Positions 1 to 13,105 of a DNA stretch of 64,000 nt are shown here, piece by piece. The position numbers and the translations under genes are program-made. The notes below the pieces were generated by a model. That model was given only the letters and a program-made list of their open reading frames with translations. It searched no databases and was not told where the DNA came from. Origin of the DNA: Isurus oxyrinchus (Eukaryota); the NCBI GenBank assembly GCA_026770705.1, contig JANJGN010000031.1, positions 930,001-994,000 of the forward strand, given 5' to 3'. Positions within the stretch are counted from its first letter, which is position 1; each line of letters opens with the position of its first letter.

Positions 1-364
1 CACGGCCTCAGTAGAGACTCTCCAAGACTGCATCTTCCCCTTAGTTTTGCACTAGGCTATCAACGTAAATTATTCACCAACATATTGACTTGGGACTGTT
101 TGTGCACACTGAACGACAAGAGGGATAATTGACTTCTGTTATGAGCAGAGACTTGCATTGACATCCTTGGAGCAGAGATGGTTAAAGAGAGATTTAGCAG
201 AATTGTACCAGAATTAAGGGGCATGCGTTATGTGGGGAGACTGGAGAAGATAGTATGCAAGATAATGGGAAGATTTAGCACTTAATGCGCATCGGTTCGA
301 TAGAGAATTTATGCATAAATTGTTTCTGCTGGCAGGAGAAGTCCGTTTGACCGGCACTCTGTGC

Positions 365-690
365 ACTATATTAAACATTCACTCTCTCCACCACCGATGC
401 AGAGTGCCAGCAGTATGTTCCACCTACAAGATGCATGGCAGCAACTGACAAAGGCTCCCTCGACAGCACCTAACAACTCGCGACATCTACCTTCCAGCAG
501 GAGAAGGACAACAGAGACATGGGAACATGAAAGTTCCCCTCCAAGCCACACGCTATTCTAGCTTGAGATTAGACCTCGGCTCCCTCACTGTCACTGGTTC
601 AAGAAGGCGGCTCACCAGCAATACATTTAGGCATGGGCAACAAGTGGTCCCTTGTCAGCGACGCCCACATCCCACGAATTAATTTTTCAA
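365..690 (+). mobile_element. 3' end of CR1/L2-group LINE, family B
   Basis: Shares tacaagatgca..ttcaagaaggcggctcacc..gcccacatccca with copies near 10860, 37900 and 60680-61015. Confidence 0.75.
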
Positions 691-3447
691 AAATATTCGT
701 AGGCAGAGAAATCTGAATCAGCATGGTTGGTAAAAGCAGCAGGGCACAGGGGGAGGTGGTGACGTAGGTGACGTTAGGTATCCAATAGGCACTGTCTAAT
801 TCTCTGGGAACTGTGTTCAAATACTATGGCAGCTCGAATTTTGATTTGTAAAAATCTCTTTGGAAAGGAGATGTGCCACCTTTACCTGGCGTACATGTGA
901 ATCCAGGTCTCCAGCGACGTGTCTGCGTCTTAAGCTTCCCGCTGAAATGTACTATTAAACCACTGAGTTCAAGGGAAATTGGGATGGGCAGCAAAATTTT
1001 ATCTTGTTCGCGAAGACGGCATCGCATCAAAAATATTTTTAAAGGGATCAGGGCAATTAATTTCAATCGATGTGCTATTGCAGTAGAGGAAGCGAGGCCT
1101 GAAAGTGCGACGGAGACAGATTGAATAGTAATTTTCAAAAATGAATTGTATGAAACATTTGAAAACCTAAAGCAACGCTATTGGGAAAGAGAAAGTGCTA
1201 AGAATAATTGAATAGAGGGGCGAAAATTAAGGTTTTCGTTTAAAGATACTTTACTAACAAATCTAATAGGGGATTCAGATGCAATCTCTACCTAAGGAGT
1301 GGTGAGAATATATAACTCACTGCCACAGTAAATTGATTGTGCCGAACAGCATAGATGGCTTTAGTGGAGAAGTTAGTTAAGGATATGAGGGAGATGAGAC
1401 TGGACGAGTCCTGATACGGTAAAATGAAGAGGATTAAGATGAGATTTGTGTGAGAATATTGAATAGCTCCTTCAAAGCGCCGGGCCCGGGCTTAACTGTA
1501 AATGACCCTGATCTGTGCGCTATGATTCCATGATACATAAAAGTGCCTCCCTGCCTCAAGCAGAGGAGGTTTAATTTCCCATCTGAGAACAGAGTTTTAA
1601 ATGGTTAATTTGTTCGCAGTGTTGAACTCTTGGATGCTTTGAAAATTGTTCAAAAGACAGCTACAGTCTGATAGACAAATGGTTTAACGGTTTTCAACAA
1701 ATGCTTAAACCGCCATCAGGAGCCAGGTGTGCCAGTGAGAAATGAATCTGGACAGGTGTCTCAATTTTGCACTGTGAATCAACTGTTACTCTTTTAACGG
1801 TTCTAAGATTAATTATTTCCTGTCTGGATAGATTTGCTCCTCTTAGAGCAGAGAAGTCAGGGCAAATTTGAAAGAGGAGTTGAAAATCATGAAGCGTTTT
1901 GATAAAGTAAATAATGAGACATAGAGCAGGATGGCCGTTAACCAGGAATTTAAAGTAACGACATAAGAACCAAAATGGGGACATAGGGACATAGGAGCAG
2001 GAGTGCACCATTCGGCCTCTCGAGCCCGCTCAGGCATTTCACCAGTTCATGGCTGTCCTACTTCAACGCCACTTTCCCGCACGATTCTCAGATTCCTTGA
2101 TCAGTACGTCAGTGGAGATCAGTAGAATCATTCTCTACAGCGAATTACTGTCACCTGGAATGATTCTGCTGGAAAGGGCTTCGGAAGCAAATTCGATAGT
2201 AACTTTTAAAAGAGAATTGGAGAAGTATATGAAGCGGAATATTTGCAGTGCTATTGGGAACGTCTCAGGAGTATGCGAATTTATAAGTTAGCTCTTTTGG
2301 AAAGCAAAGGCAAGCACTATGGACAGAATGGTCTTCCCTCGAGCGGCATAATTTTATGATTCTATGATAATCAGCGCATCTCTGGCCGCCAGTGCAACAA
2401 AGGGAACACCGGCTGGGACAACCACTTCTTTGGATGTAATGGCCCTCGGAAAAATTCAAGGTCACAGTCGGGAGCTTTGTGTAATTCCTTGCCAAACACT
2501 TCCGTCCGTTCTTTCAATGGGAGAATTAATCCATTTCCCCAACTCGTCACCTGCTCGGAAAATTCAGAGATTATTTTAACGCAACAGTGCTGCTGAATTC
2601 TATTAATTAAAAATATATTGATGTAATCTGAAGCGATAAAGAGCAAGATGGTGAATCAAGATTAATAAAAAGCCAATCATGATTTATATTATTTACTTAA
2701 ATGCTGGAACATAATTAATTGCGTTAGGTAGGTAAATAGATATTTTGATAGATGAGAGCACTATGACAGTTGAAATCTTGATAACAGGTAGAAAATTAGT
2801 TCCATAGATTAGTTCCATAGATGAATTATACATTTTGCTTTCTCCCTATCTCTGCTTTCTCTGCCTGTAGCCAGTACTATGTCTGAGTCTAGCTGGTAGC
2901 ACAGTGGGTTTGTTGCTGGTAGGGTAGCATTGAAGATTAGATTAATGATCCATGGACATGAGGTTAACTCCCAATCCTGACAGCAGATTGAATAAAATCT
3001 GCTATAAAAAGCTGGTATCAGTATTCATGTTCTTGGAACTGTCGAATTGTCGTAAAAAAACATCTTGTTCGCTAATGTCTAGTAGAGAATTAAATCTGCC
3101 ATCCTTCCCTGATCTGACCTCGACGTTACTCCGGATATAGCCGAATATAGTTGACTAACTGCTCTCTGTGAAGGTGGCTCTCTACCGATTTCTCGAGGAC
3201 TAAATAAAGGATAATAATCGTTGAACTTGTGACTGACATCAGCATCCCCTGAATGACTTTAACAAAAGTTATTTCCCTTCTCATGTTCTCAATAAGTTTG
3301 TTTCTGCCCTGAGCCACATTCCCGCCTGCATCGTCTTTTCCCCTTTTTGTCACTATGCCAGGCGCAGTAATACATCCTCCAGCGCACCCCACCCCCCACC
3401 CCACCGACCCCCCCCCCCCACGCCCACCCCCTCCAACCCCCTCACAG

Positions 3448-3770
3448 CCTGGACGCTTGCACGTGGAAGGTCGAGTCATCGGATCTCGAGGCGATGAAAC
3501 CGTCCAAAGGGTCGATGTTGCCGGAGTTGGGAGAGTGGAAAACGAGAAAGAACTCTTGATTTGGGAGATGGTGATACCAAAAGAACCCGGAGCCGTAGGC
3601 TCCCGATGCAGAACAGGAATAAGAAGTAGCACAATGGGAGTAAAATTCAGGAACATGACATTTGCAATCAAACTGCTCCATTGCACTGAAGGGGGGAGAT
3701 ACACTGTGTAACAGCAGCGCAGATACCAGACATTGAGTGAAATGCATTAAAAAAGTTTAGAAGTTTTCAC
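3448..3770 (+). pseudogene. Possible decayed Ig V-set exon of CD2/SLAM/CEACAM type
   Basis: After ctcacag: VIGSRGDETV..LLIWE..FRNMTFAIKLLHCTEGGRYTV*..SLEVF, resembling the NxSLxIxxLxxxDxGxYT pattern without canonical cysteines. Phase 0 and internal stops weaken the call. Confidence 0.3.
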
Positions 3771-5229
3771 AACAGAAACAGAGTCCTGGTGGGTGTGCAG
3801 TGTCTTTATGGAACCACAATTCTGTTTGAGTGACAGCTGTAGCCCGCTCACGCTAAGCCCTGGCTTCTAAGTGTCTGATGAACACCCTAACACTTCCACC
3901 CCCATTGTCCCCTGTCTCTCCAAACTGTTGAAGCCACTGAACCTGGTACCATTCTGTTAAATACACCCCCCCCTTACGTTTCTTCTCTTTTAAGGAGATC
4001 TCAAGCTTCTCAGATCTCAGATGGATGTCCCACAACCCTGACACCAATCTGCTCTATCTCAACTGCATCTTCTCTGGAGCCTTAACATCCTAATGGAGAG
4101 TTCCCAACTTTGCACACACAATACTCGAATGAAGCGTGAGCTGTACTCAAAAGAGGAGGAATGAAGGGGAGGTTTATTTAACGGAATGGTACCATGGATG
4201 AGTGGCTTTAACAATTTGGAGAGACTGGAGAATCTCGTGGGCTGCGGTGTTATCGAGTAAGGATTCAGCAATTGTCAGTCAGATTGTAAGAGGCACAGGG
4301 AGATTGTCTATCCATATCTAAACATTAGAACATATCTAATGAAATTCTATAGCAAGTCCGTTCACAACTGAATTTTTACAAAACATGGGGAACATGCGTC
4401 AGTCCGAGAATATCGGAAAGATTCGTGGCGGCAACAAATCGATTGCAGGCTTTGCAAAGTTCACTTTAAATCCGGGTTTTTGATTGGTAGTGTGTCAGAT
4501 CTCTTTCTTTATTTTCTTTCTTTCTCTCGCGTCCTTTTCTCTCTGTCTCTTCCATTCTCTACGTCTCTTATTCCCCCTCTCTCTCTCTATATCTCCTTCT
4601 CCGACTGTTTATCGTCCTCTCTCCTTCTCAATTACTAAAGAATTTCGTAACCCTTTTCAGAATGTCGAGAAGTTAGGGGCTGCGGTGGAGCAGACAGATT
4701 TAAGAATGGCAGGACATAAATGACTACGTTCTGTTGGACAGTTGCAAAAAACATTTAAAAAGTGCTATGTAGTGGTAGCCTTTAACTCAAGATATTGGAA
4801 GTATAGATGGGAGGGATTTACGAATGTTTTTATAATGCTCTCGGTAGATCCCGCGTGGAGTGCTGTGTTACGTTCTGTCTCTCTGTCCCTACGGCCCCTT
4901 CTTCCGACTGCTAACCCCACTCTCCTTCCTTCCCCTCATCTCCCTCTCCTTTTCACACTCCCTCTCACTCTCCCACTCCACTTCTTCATCCTTCCCTCTT
5001 CTGCTGTTTCCCTTGTACTTTACTATTTCCCTCCCATCAGCTCTCTATCCTCCCACCCCTTTCTCAATCCTTCCCCTTATCTTCCTTTTTCTATTCTCCT
5101 TTACCCACTTCCACCCGTGATCATTGTCTCCATCCAGTTCATCTCCCCACCCTTCCTCTGTTCCTCAAAACCCCTTTTCTTTCTCCTTCCTCTCACTCTC
5201 ACTGGAAATCCCAGGTGGTGGCCCATTTG

Positions 5230-7275
5230 TTGCCTTCACCCTTCTCGGTTGTAGAGATCATGCATTTGGAAGGTAATGTCAAAGGAGCCTTGGTGAGGTT
5301 CTGCAGTGCATCTTGCAAATGACAGAAACTGCTGGCACTGTGCCTCGGTTGTGAAGGGAGTGGATGTTGAAGGAGGAGAATGGGGTGCCCATCACTGGGT
5401 GGTATTGAGCATCTTGAGTGCTGTTGGATCAGCACTCATCCAGGCAAGTGGAGGGTATTCCATCATACTCCTGACTTGTGCCTTGTACATGGCAGACAGG
5501 CTGTGGGGAGTCAGGAGCTAAGTTACTTTCCGTGAAATTCCCAGTCTCTGAACTGTTCTGGTAGCCACACTATTTATATGGCGAATACAGTTCAGTTTCT
5601 GGTAAATTGTACCCCAGGATGCTGATAGTGGGGAATTCAGTGATGGTAATATTGAATATCAAGAGGTGATGGTTAGATTGTCTCTCTTCGGGATGCTGTT
5701 ACCTGGCACTTGTGTGGTGTGAATGATACTTACCACTTACCAAGCACGAATATTGCCCAGGTCTTGCTGCGTATGGGCACTGACTACTTTAGTATCTGAG
5801 CAGTTGTAAATGGTGTTGATAATTGTGCAATCATCGGCGAACATCTCTACTTCTTACCTTATGATGGAGGGAATTTCAATGATGAAGCAGCTGAAGAGCC
5901 TAGGGCACTACCCTCTAGAACTCCTGCAGGGTTGTCTTGAGACTACGGAATGACCACCAAAATAGCAACCATCTTCCTTTAGACCATAACACATAGGAGC
6001 AGAAATTAGGCTATTCGGCCCATCGAGTCTGCTCCACCATTCAATCATGGTTGATAAGTTTCTCATTCCCATTCTCCCGCCTTCTCCCCATAAACTGTGA
6101 TCCCTTTAACAAGCAAAAACCTATCTATCTCGGTCTTACATACACTCAATGACCTGGCCTCCAGAGCCTTCTGTGGCAATGAATTCCATAGATTCACCAG
6201 TCTCTGGCTAAAGAAGTTTCTCCTCATCTCTGTTCTAAAGGGTCTTCCCTTTACTCTGAGGCTGTGCTCTCGGGTCCTAGTCTCTTCAACTAATGGAAAC
6301 ATCTTCCCCACGTTCATGCTATCCAGGCCTTCCAGTATTCTGTAAGTTTCAATCAGATCCCCCCTCATCCTTCTAAACTCCAACGAGTTTAGACCCAGAG
6401 TCCTCAAAAGGTCTTCATATGTTAAGCCTTTCATTCCTGGGATCATTCTCGTGAACCTCTGCTGGACCCTCTCCAGGGCCAGCACATTCTTCCTGAGATA
6501 CGGGGCATGAAATTGCTCACAATATTCTAAATGTTGCCTGACCAGGGCCTTATAAAGCCTCAGCAGCACATCCCTGCTTTTATATTCTAGTCCTCTCGAA
6601 ATAAATATCAACAACGCTTTAGCCTTCCTAACTAGCGACTCAACCTGCAAGTTAACCTTAAGAGAATCCCAGATTAGGACTCCCAAGTCCCTTTGCACTC
6701 CAGATTTCTGAATTCTCTCCCCATTTAGAAAATATGCTATGCCTCTATTCTTCCTACCAAAGTGCATGACCTCACACTTCCCCACGTTGTATTCCATCTG
6801 CCACTCCTTTGTCCATTCTCTTAACCTGTTTAAATCCTTCTGCAGACTCCCCATGTCCTCAATAATACCTGTCTCTCCACCTAATTTTGTATCATCTGCA
6901 AACTTAGCCAGAATGCCCTCAGTTCCTTCATATAGATAATTAATGTATAAAATGAAAAGTTGTGGTCCCAACACTGACCCTTGCAGAACTCCACTAGTCA
7001 CCGGCCGCCATCCTGAGAAGGACTCCCTTATCCCCACTCTCTGCCTCCTGCCAGACTACCAATCTTCTATCCATCCTTTGTGCTCGATATAATTCCAACC
7101 TGTGGAGAGTTTCCCCCTGATTCTCATTCGGCCCAGTTTTGCTAGGGCTCTTTGATGCCACACTCCGTCAATTGCTACTTTGATGTCAATGGCAGGCACT
7201 CTCACATCACGTCTTGAGTTCAGCTCTTTTACCCTTGTTTAGACTAAATTTTTAATCAGGTCAGTAGCTGAGCGT
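5230..7275 (-). mobile_element. Family B LINE (RT fragment) interrupted by a CR1 at ~5982-7075
   Basis: Reverse complement of the family B RT and 3' region at 5230-5980, continuing at 7075-7275. Confidence 0.75.
5982..7075 (-). mobile_element. 5'-truncated CR1 LINE with 324-aa open RT C-terminus (6063-7037)
   Basis: VTSGVLQGSVLGPQLF..KFADDTKL..LERVQQRFTRMIPG..RRNFFSQR motifs plus the CR1 3' UTR. Confidence 0.93.
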
Positions 7276-7539
7276 TCTAGCCTGCACGTAATCGAGAAAG
7301 GGAGTGTGTGAAAAGTAGAAACAGTGTGAGCCACGGGCTGACAGGCGAGACTGAGAAAGAAAAAGAAATGAGAGACAGTGTGAATGAGGAGGTGAGAGAC
7401 AGAGAGTGTGAGAGATTTGGAGAGAGGGAGGCAGAAAGACATGCACAGTGAGAGAATAAGATAAAGAGAGGAAATGTAGCGAGATAAATGGAAAGCGGCA
7501 AAAACAAAATGTGCTACAGAATGACAGAGCGACAGATAA

Positions 7540-7775
7540 ACACACACAGACACAGGCACTCTCTCTCTCTCGCACACACACATACACACACACACACCCA
7601 ATCTCACTCTCTCACACAAACATACACACTGTCACGCACACACACTCTCTCTTCTACGCACTCACTTACACACACAGACATACACCCTCTCTCTCTCTTA
7701 CACACACGTCCACTCTTTCTCTACACACACTCACACACACCCTCTATCATACAAACACACACTTACACACACACA

Positions 7776-7819
<44 letters not shown>

Positions 7820-7900
7820 CTCTCTCACACACACGCACACACACATACTTTAACACAAAGCACCCTTTCTCTCACACACACATGCACATACGCACAGATT
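7540..7900 (+). repeat. (CA)n/(CT)n compound microsatellite
   Basis: Long acac and ctct runs. Confidence 0.95.
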
Positions 7901-9188
7901 GGCAAGCAAGCTGATTCCCGCTTGATCAACACAAAAGGGGAAGTGACCAATTCTGCACAGCCTTCTTACGTCCTTTATGTGTTCCTCCAATATTTGCATC
8001 GAAGGGGTTGGCCCCTCAAAGGACTTCAAGTTTCTATACCCGCTCCATTGATTATTAGTTGCAACTTAACATGGCCATTCTGGTGAACCTGAGATGCTAC
8101 CCCTCTAAGAGGAATGTAACCTTCCTGAGTTTCGGTGCCCAGAACTGAAACAGTTACTCCAGGTGGAGTATGACCAGTCCGATAGACAACTGGTTCAACA
8201 TTTCTACCCCTCTTTATTCCAGCCCCCTTTGGAATATTCCATTGGTCTTACCAATTCCGATATGTACCTGCCTGCAGACTTTCGCCAATTTGTTTGGCCG
8301 AATAGGTAAATATTTCCCTTCTTCCTTTGTTTCTAGGTTTTAACCATTCAGAAAATATTCTGCTTCATCTATCTAAGGTGCGCCTAAGAACCACCTTTAA
8401 CATTCATTTCCTCCACCACTGACACCATGCACCTCGGGTGACTGGTTGTCTCAGTTGGCTAAACGTTTGATCTAGATCAGGTTGGTGCAATCAGCAGGGG
8501 TGGATGCCAAGGCTCCTCATTGACCTACACATTGTAGAGATTAGGATACCGTGGGTTGTCTTTGTCTTTTGACCAAGTATGGCATGAAGGAGCCCTAGCA
8601 AAACTGGGGTCAATGGGAATCAAGTAGAGAAATCTCTGCTGGCTGGAATCATACCTAGCGCTGTTAGCACCGATTCATCTTAGTTCCAGGGGATCACTGC
8701 ACTAGTTCCTCAGGATGGTGTCCTCGGCCCAGCCATCGTCAGCTAATTCATCAATGCCCTTACTTCCATGATAATGTGGGGTTGACTCTTAAATGCCCTC
8801 TGAGCAAGGGCAATTATGGATGGGCAATAAATACTGGCCTAGCCAGCGGTGCCCACATCTCATGTATGAATAAACAAATATAAAAAATAAGGTCAAAATT
8901 CGGGATGCTCACTGATGATCGCGAGAAATTCAGCATCATTCACGACTCCTCAGATTCTAAAGCAGTCCATGTCCAAATGCAGGAAGCCCTGAACAATATC
9001 AAGGCTTTGGCTGACAAGTGGCAAATAACATTCACGCCATACAAGTGTTAGGCAATGAACTTTTCCCGCAACAGAGAATGTTACCATTGCCCCTTGATAT
9101 TCAATGGTGTTATCATCACTGAGTCTCCCACTATCAATATACTGGAGATTATCAATGACCAGAAACTAAACTGGACCAGCCATATAAA

Positions 9189-10648
9189 CCCCTCCATCAT
9201 TTTCGCATGGTCCATCACTGACACTTCCCTTCCCTTCCTTGACGCTCTGTCTCAATTTCTAGTGATACACTGTCCACCAATATTCATTATAAGCCCTCTG
9301 TCTCCTACAGCTACCTCGACTATAGCTCCTCACATCCTGCTTACTGTAAGGACTCCATCTGATTCTCTCAGTTCCTTCAAATCCATCGCATCTTTTCTGA
9401 TGATGCCACTTTCAAAAACAGTTCCTCTGACATGTCCTCCTTTTTCATTAATGCAGGTTTTCCACCCATGGTGATTGACAGGACCCTCAACCGTGTCCAG
9501 CCCAACTCCCACGCATCTGCCCTGACACCTTCCTCGCCCTCCCAGAGTCCTAATAGGGCCCCCGTGATCGTCACTTATCACCCCACAAGCCTCCACATTC
9601 AAGGGATCATCCACCACCATTTCTGCCAACTCCAGCATGATGCCACCACCAAACACATCTTCCCTGCACTCCCACCCCCGGCGGCTTTCCAGAGGGACAG
9701 TTCCCTCTGGAGCACGCTGGTCCACTCCTCCATCATCCCCTACACCTGAACCTCTTCCCACGACACCTTTCTGTGCAACCGTAGAAGGTACAATACCTGC
9801 CCCTTCTCCTCACCGCCCAAGGGCCCAAACAATCCTTTCAAGTGAAGCAGCATTTCACTTGCACTTCCCTCAATTTAGCCTATTGCATTCGCTGCTCCTA
9901 ATGTGACCTCCTCTACATTGGAGAGACCAAACGCAGACTGGGTGACTGCTTTGTGAAACACCTTCGGTTTGTCCGCAAGCAGGACCCAGACCTCCCTGCC
10001 GTTTGCCTTTTCAACACTCCACCCTGCTCTCATACCGACATGTCCGTCCTTGGCTTGCTGCATTGCTCCAGTGAAGCTGAACGCAAACTGGAGGAAGAGC
10101 ACCTCATCTTCCGACTAGGCACCTTACAGCCTTCTGGACTTAACACTGAGTTCAGCAACTTCAGATCATGAACTCTCACCTCCATCCCCAACCCCTTTTC
10201 GATCTCCCTTTTTCAAATAATTTATTATTTTTATATATTTTTCTTTTCCCATTTATTTTAAAATTTATTTCTATCTAAGGTTTTATCTCCACCTTTTAGC
10301 CCATTGTGATTCTTCCACTCACCCAACCCCCATCTGTTACTTGCTTGTCCTGCTTTCTATCCTTATTGTCACCATTAGCACATTCATAACATAATATCAC
10401 CACCATCGACACCCCTTTGTCCTTTTGTCTATGATATCTTTGGCAATCTCCTCTTTGCCTCCACGTATCACTGGCCCTCTATCCAGCTCTACCTGTCCCA
10501 CCCCTTTCAACCAGCTTATATTTCACCTCTTTTCTATAATTCCTTAGGTCTGATGAAGAGTCGTTCGGACTCGAAACATTCACTGTATTCCTCTCTGCAG
10601 ATGCTGTCAGGCCTGCTGAGTTTTTCCAGCTATTTTTGTTTTTGTTTT
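9189..10648 (+). mobile_element. Penelope-like retroelement (RT C-terminus, GIY-YIG endonuclease, pLTR tail)
   Basis: LPFLD..IHYKP..HPAYCKDSI, MSSFFINAGFPP, LYIGETKRRLGDCFVKHLR, RKLEEEHLIFRLGTLQPSGLN. 11-bp target-site duplication agccatataaa at 9178-9188 and 10649-10659. Confidence 0.9.
10546..10584 (+). ncRNA. Minimal type-I hammerhead ribozyme motif in the Penelope pLTR
   Basis: CTGATGA(10550)-A-GAGTC-gttcg-GACTC-GAAAC: intact core boxes and perfect stem II; cleavage triplet and stem I are degenerate. Confidence 0.7.
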
Positions 10649-11034
10649 AGCCATATAAATATAGTGGCTACCAGAGCCGGTCAGGGACTAGGAATCCTGC
10701 AACGAGTAACTCACTTCCTGACTCCCCAAAGCCTGCCCAAAATCTACAAAGCATATGTCAGCAGTGTGATGGAATACTCTCCATTTGCCTGGATGAGTGC
10801 TGCTCCAACAACACTAAAGAAACTTGACACCATCCAAGGCATATCAGCCTGATTGGCACCACATCCACCACTGACACACAGTGGCAGCAGTGTGTACCAT
10901 CGTCAAGATGCACTGCAAGAATTCACCAAGGTGCCTTAGGCAGCACCTTCCAAACCCGGGACTACGACCATCTTGAAGGACAAGGGCAGCAGCTAGATGA
11001 GAACACCACAACCCGAACGTTCCCCTCCAAGATG

Positions 11035-11815
11035 GATGTGAAGTATTCCCTTAAATCTCTGATAATATCCTCTGGCCCTTTTGTCCTTAATGGGCCCTCC
11101 TCTTTCCTTGGTTATCATCTTCCCATTAATATATTTATAGAATATCTTGAGATTTACGCTACTTTTACTAGACAGAGCTTTCTCATATCCCCCCTTTGCT
11201 CTCACAATTGCTTTCTTAAGCTCCACCCTGCACTTTCTGCACTCCAGTAATGCCTCTGCTAATTTGCTCCCCTTGTTTCTGCTAAAATCCTGTCTTTTCC
11301 TTCACACCGTATCCTGAATATCTCTGACCATCCAAGGTTCTCAGGGCTTTTTGCTCCTTCCTATCACCCTTGAGGGATCATGTTGAGCCTATATCCTCCC
11401 CACTTCCTTTTTGAACACCGCCCCCCACCCACTGCTCTTATGCAGATTTCCCCACAAGTAGATGTTCCCAGGCTACCTTGACCAAATCAAGCCTTATTTT
11501 AATAAAATCCGCTCTCCCCCAAACCAAAACATTTTTTTGCATCTTGTCTATTTCTTTGTGCATAACAACCTTAAATTGTATCATGTTGTGGTCGCTCACA
11601 CTAAAATGCTCCCACACCACCACCTCAGCCACCTGTTTGGCTTCATTACCCAGAATTAGGTGCAGCATTGCGCCGACCCTTGTTGGACACTCTACATATT
11701 GACCTAAAAAGATCTCCTCTACACATTTCAGGAAATCCACACCATCCAAGTCCTTATCACTATATCTATCCCAATTTGTTTTGGGAAAGTTGAAATCACC
11801 TAATATAATTACCCA
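11035..11815 (-). mobile_element. CR1 LINE ORF2 fragment (endonuclease/tether)
   Basis: DFLKCVEEIFLGQYVECPTR..LHLILGNE..SDHNMIQF. Confidence 0.85.
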
Positions 11816-13105
11816 ATGACACCGCTGGACAAGCTAAATCTCAGGTGGAATCCAACCTGATAGGTCCTAATGTATTTTCTTTGATACACGGAGCGTGACT
11901 ACTGAACAGAGTGACAGGAGTCAGCTGATTAAAATTTAACAAAATAATAAAATATTAATTAAACCAGTAAAGATGAACTATAATGCATCATTCCTTTACC
12001 CAGAACTATACGTATACAAATATATACAGATTCATAAGGATAACAGAAGTTACAAAAGCCATTTATACTCTCATGTTCACTGTATATAGACAGTCCACCT
12101 AAAGCAATAGGCAGCCTGTGGTCAGGCACACCACACCCTGAAACTAAGTGACAGATGCCACCCCGAACAGATGTTATTGATATCTCAGCTCCCTCCAGAT
12201 ACTTGTCACACCATGAGCCAACTGATCTCACTGAACTCCATCTTTCTCACAAGGTTTTCCAATCTCTGCTGTTGAAGAATTTGCGCTGGAATCTACCCCC
12301 AAATAATGATTTCTCTCAGGCATATTCCACAAGGGTCCATTCGAACTGTCCTTCCGACATTCCTCTCCCCTGGATCACCACATAAATTGAAACTTCTTTC
12401 CATGAACGCTGTCTCAATGACTCAACCATGCCAATTGAACACCACTGCTTCACAAGCCCAAATTAAAGAATTACAGTCCTTCCCGACTTCTTGCTTTAAA
12501 TCTGCTTCCTGCAGCTTTATTCTGTCTAAGCCTGAAGTTTGGCGCCTTCCTCTCAGCTCCTTACTTTCACTTCCACAGAACAATACCTCTTCCAGCTTCC
12601 TGTCCTTGTCCTTTGACCAGGCTGTCCATTCGGGCCCTTTACTGTTCCACTAACCTGGATTTGGGGAGTTTCTTCTTTAGCTGCTCCTGCAGTTTCCTTT
12701 CCTCTTCAGCCTTTCTTGGCAGCCGGCCTGAACTTTAGTTTGGGACTTGTTATCTGTCCCTCTGTTGTCCAGCCTCTCTGGAGTCCTGGCTTCAACTGAA
12801 CTCAAACTGCTTTCAACTGAACTGAAACTACTTTTCTGGTTCTGTGGAGCCTCCTTCTCTGGACCTCTGTGGCTAGGAAACATCAAAATTTCTTTCAACT
12901 CTCGTTTGCTTTAATCCCCTTTCAAGAGTAATAAAATCTTCAATAAAATCAAGGCATCTTAAAAAGTGAAACTAAAACTCAACATCTTCTTTTCTTAACA
13001 CACAAATAGAGAAATACTAATCAAACTTAAAATTAAAGCTAAAATTCAAACCTAAAGATATACCTTCTTCCTAAAACACGCAAATATAAATGTAACTTAC
13101 TTAAA
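11816..13105. mobile_element. Unclassified insertion, solo-LTR-like
   Basis: Abrupt break of the CR1 at 11815; starts TG; ~1.3 kb non-coding with strong strand asymmetry. No TSD confirmed. Confidence 0.35.

Larger units (their letters stand above)
8560..11030 (+). mobile_element. Family B LINE RT and 3' region, split by a Penelope insertion
   Basis: QKLNWTSHIN at 9160-9188 resumes at 10649 with SHINIVATRAGQ..MSAAPTTLKKLDTIQ. Confidence 0.8.

Noticed and set aside
2463-2501. RSS-like cacagtc..caaacact
   Set aside because: The nonamer is poor and no V-like exon precedes it.
3670-3708. cactgtg as a J/D-type heptamer (also at ~1770)
   Set aside because: No ggtttttgt-like nonamer at 12 or 23 bp and no FGxG motif downstream.
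4484-5254. Hydrophobic ORFs that look like membrane proteins
   Set aside because: They are translations of CT-rich low-complexity DNA.
7239-8086. His/Thr- and Cys/Val-rich ORFs
   Set aside because: They are translations of the (CA)n microsatellite.
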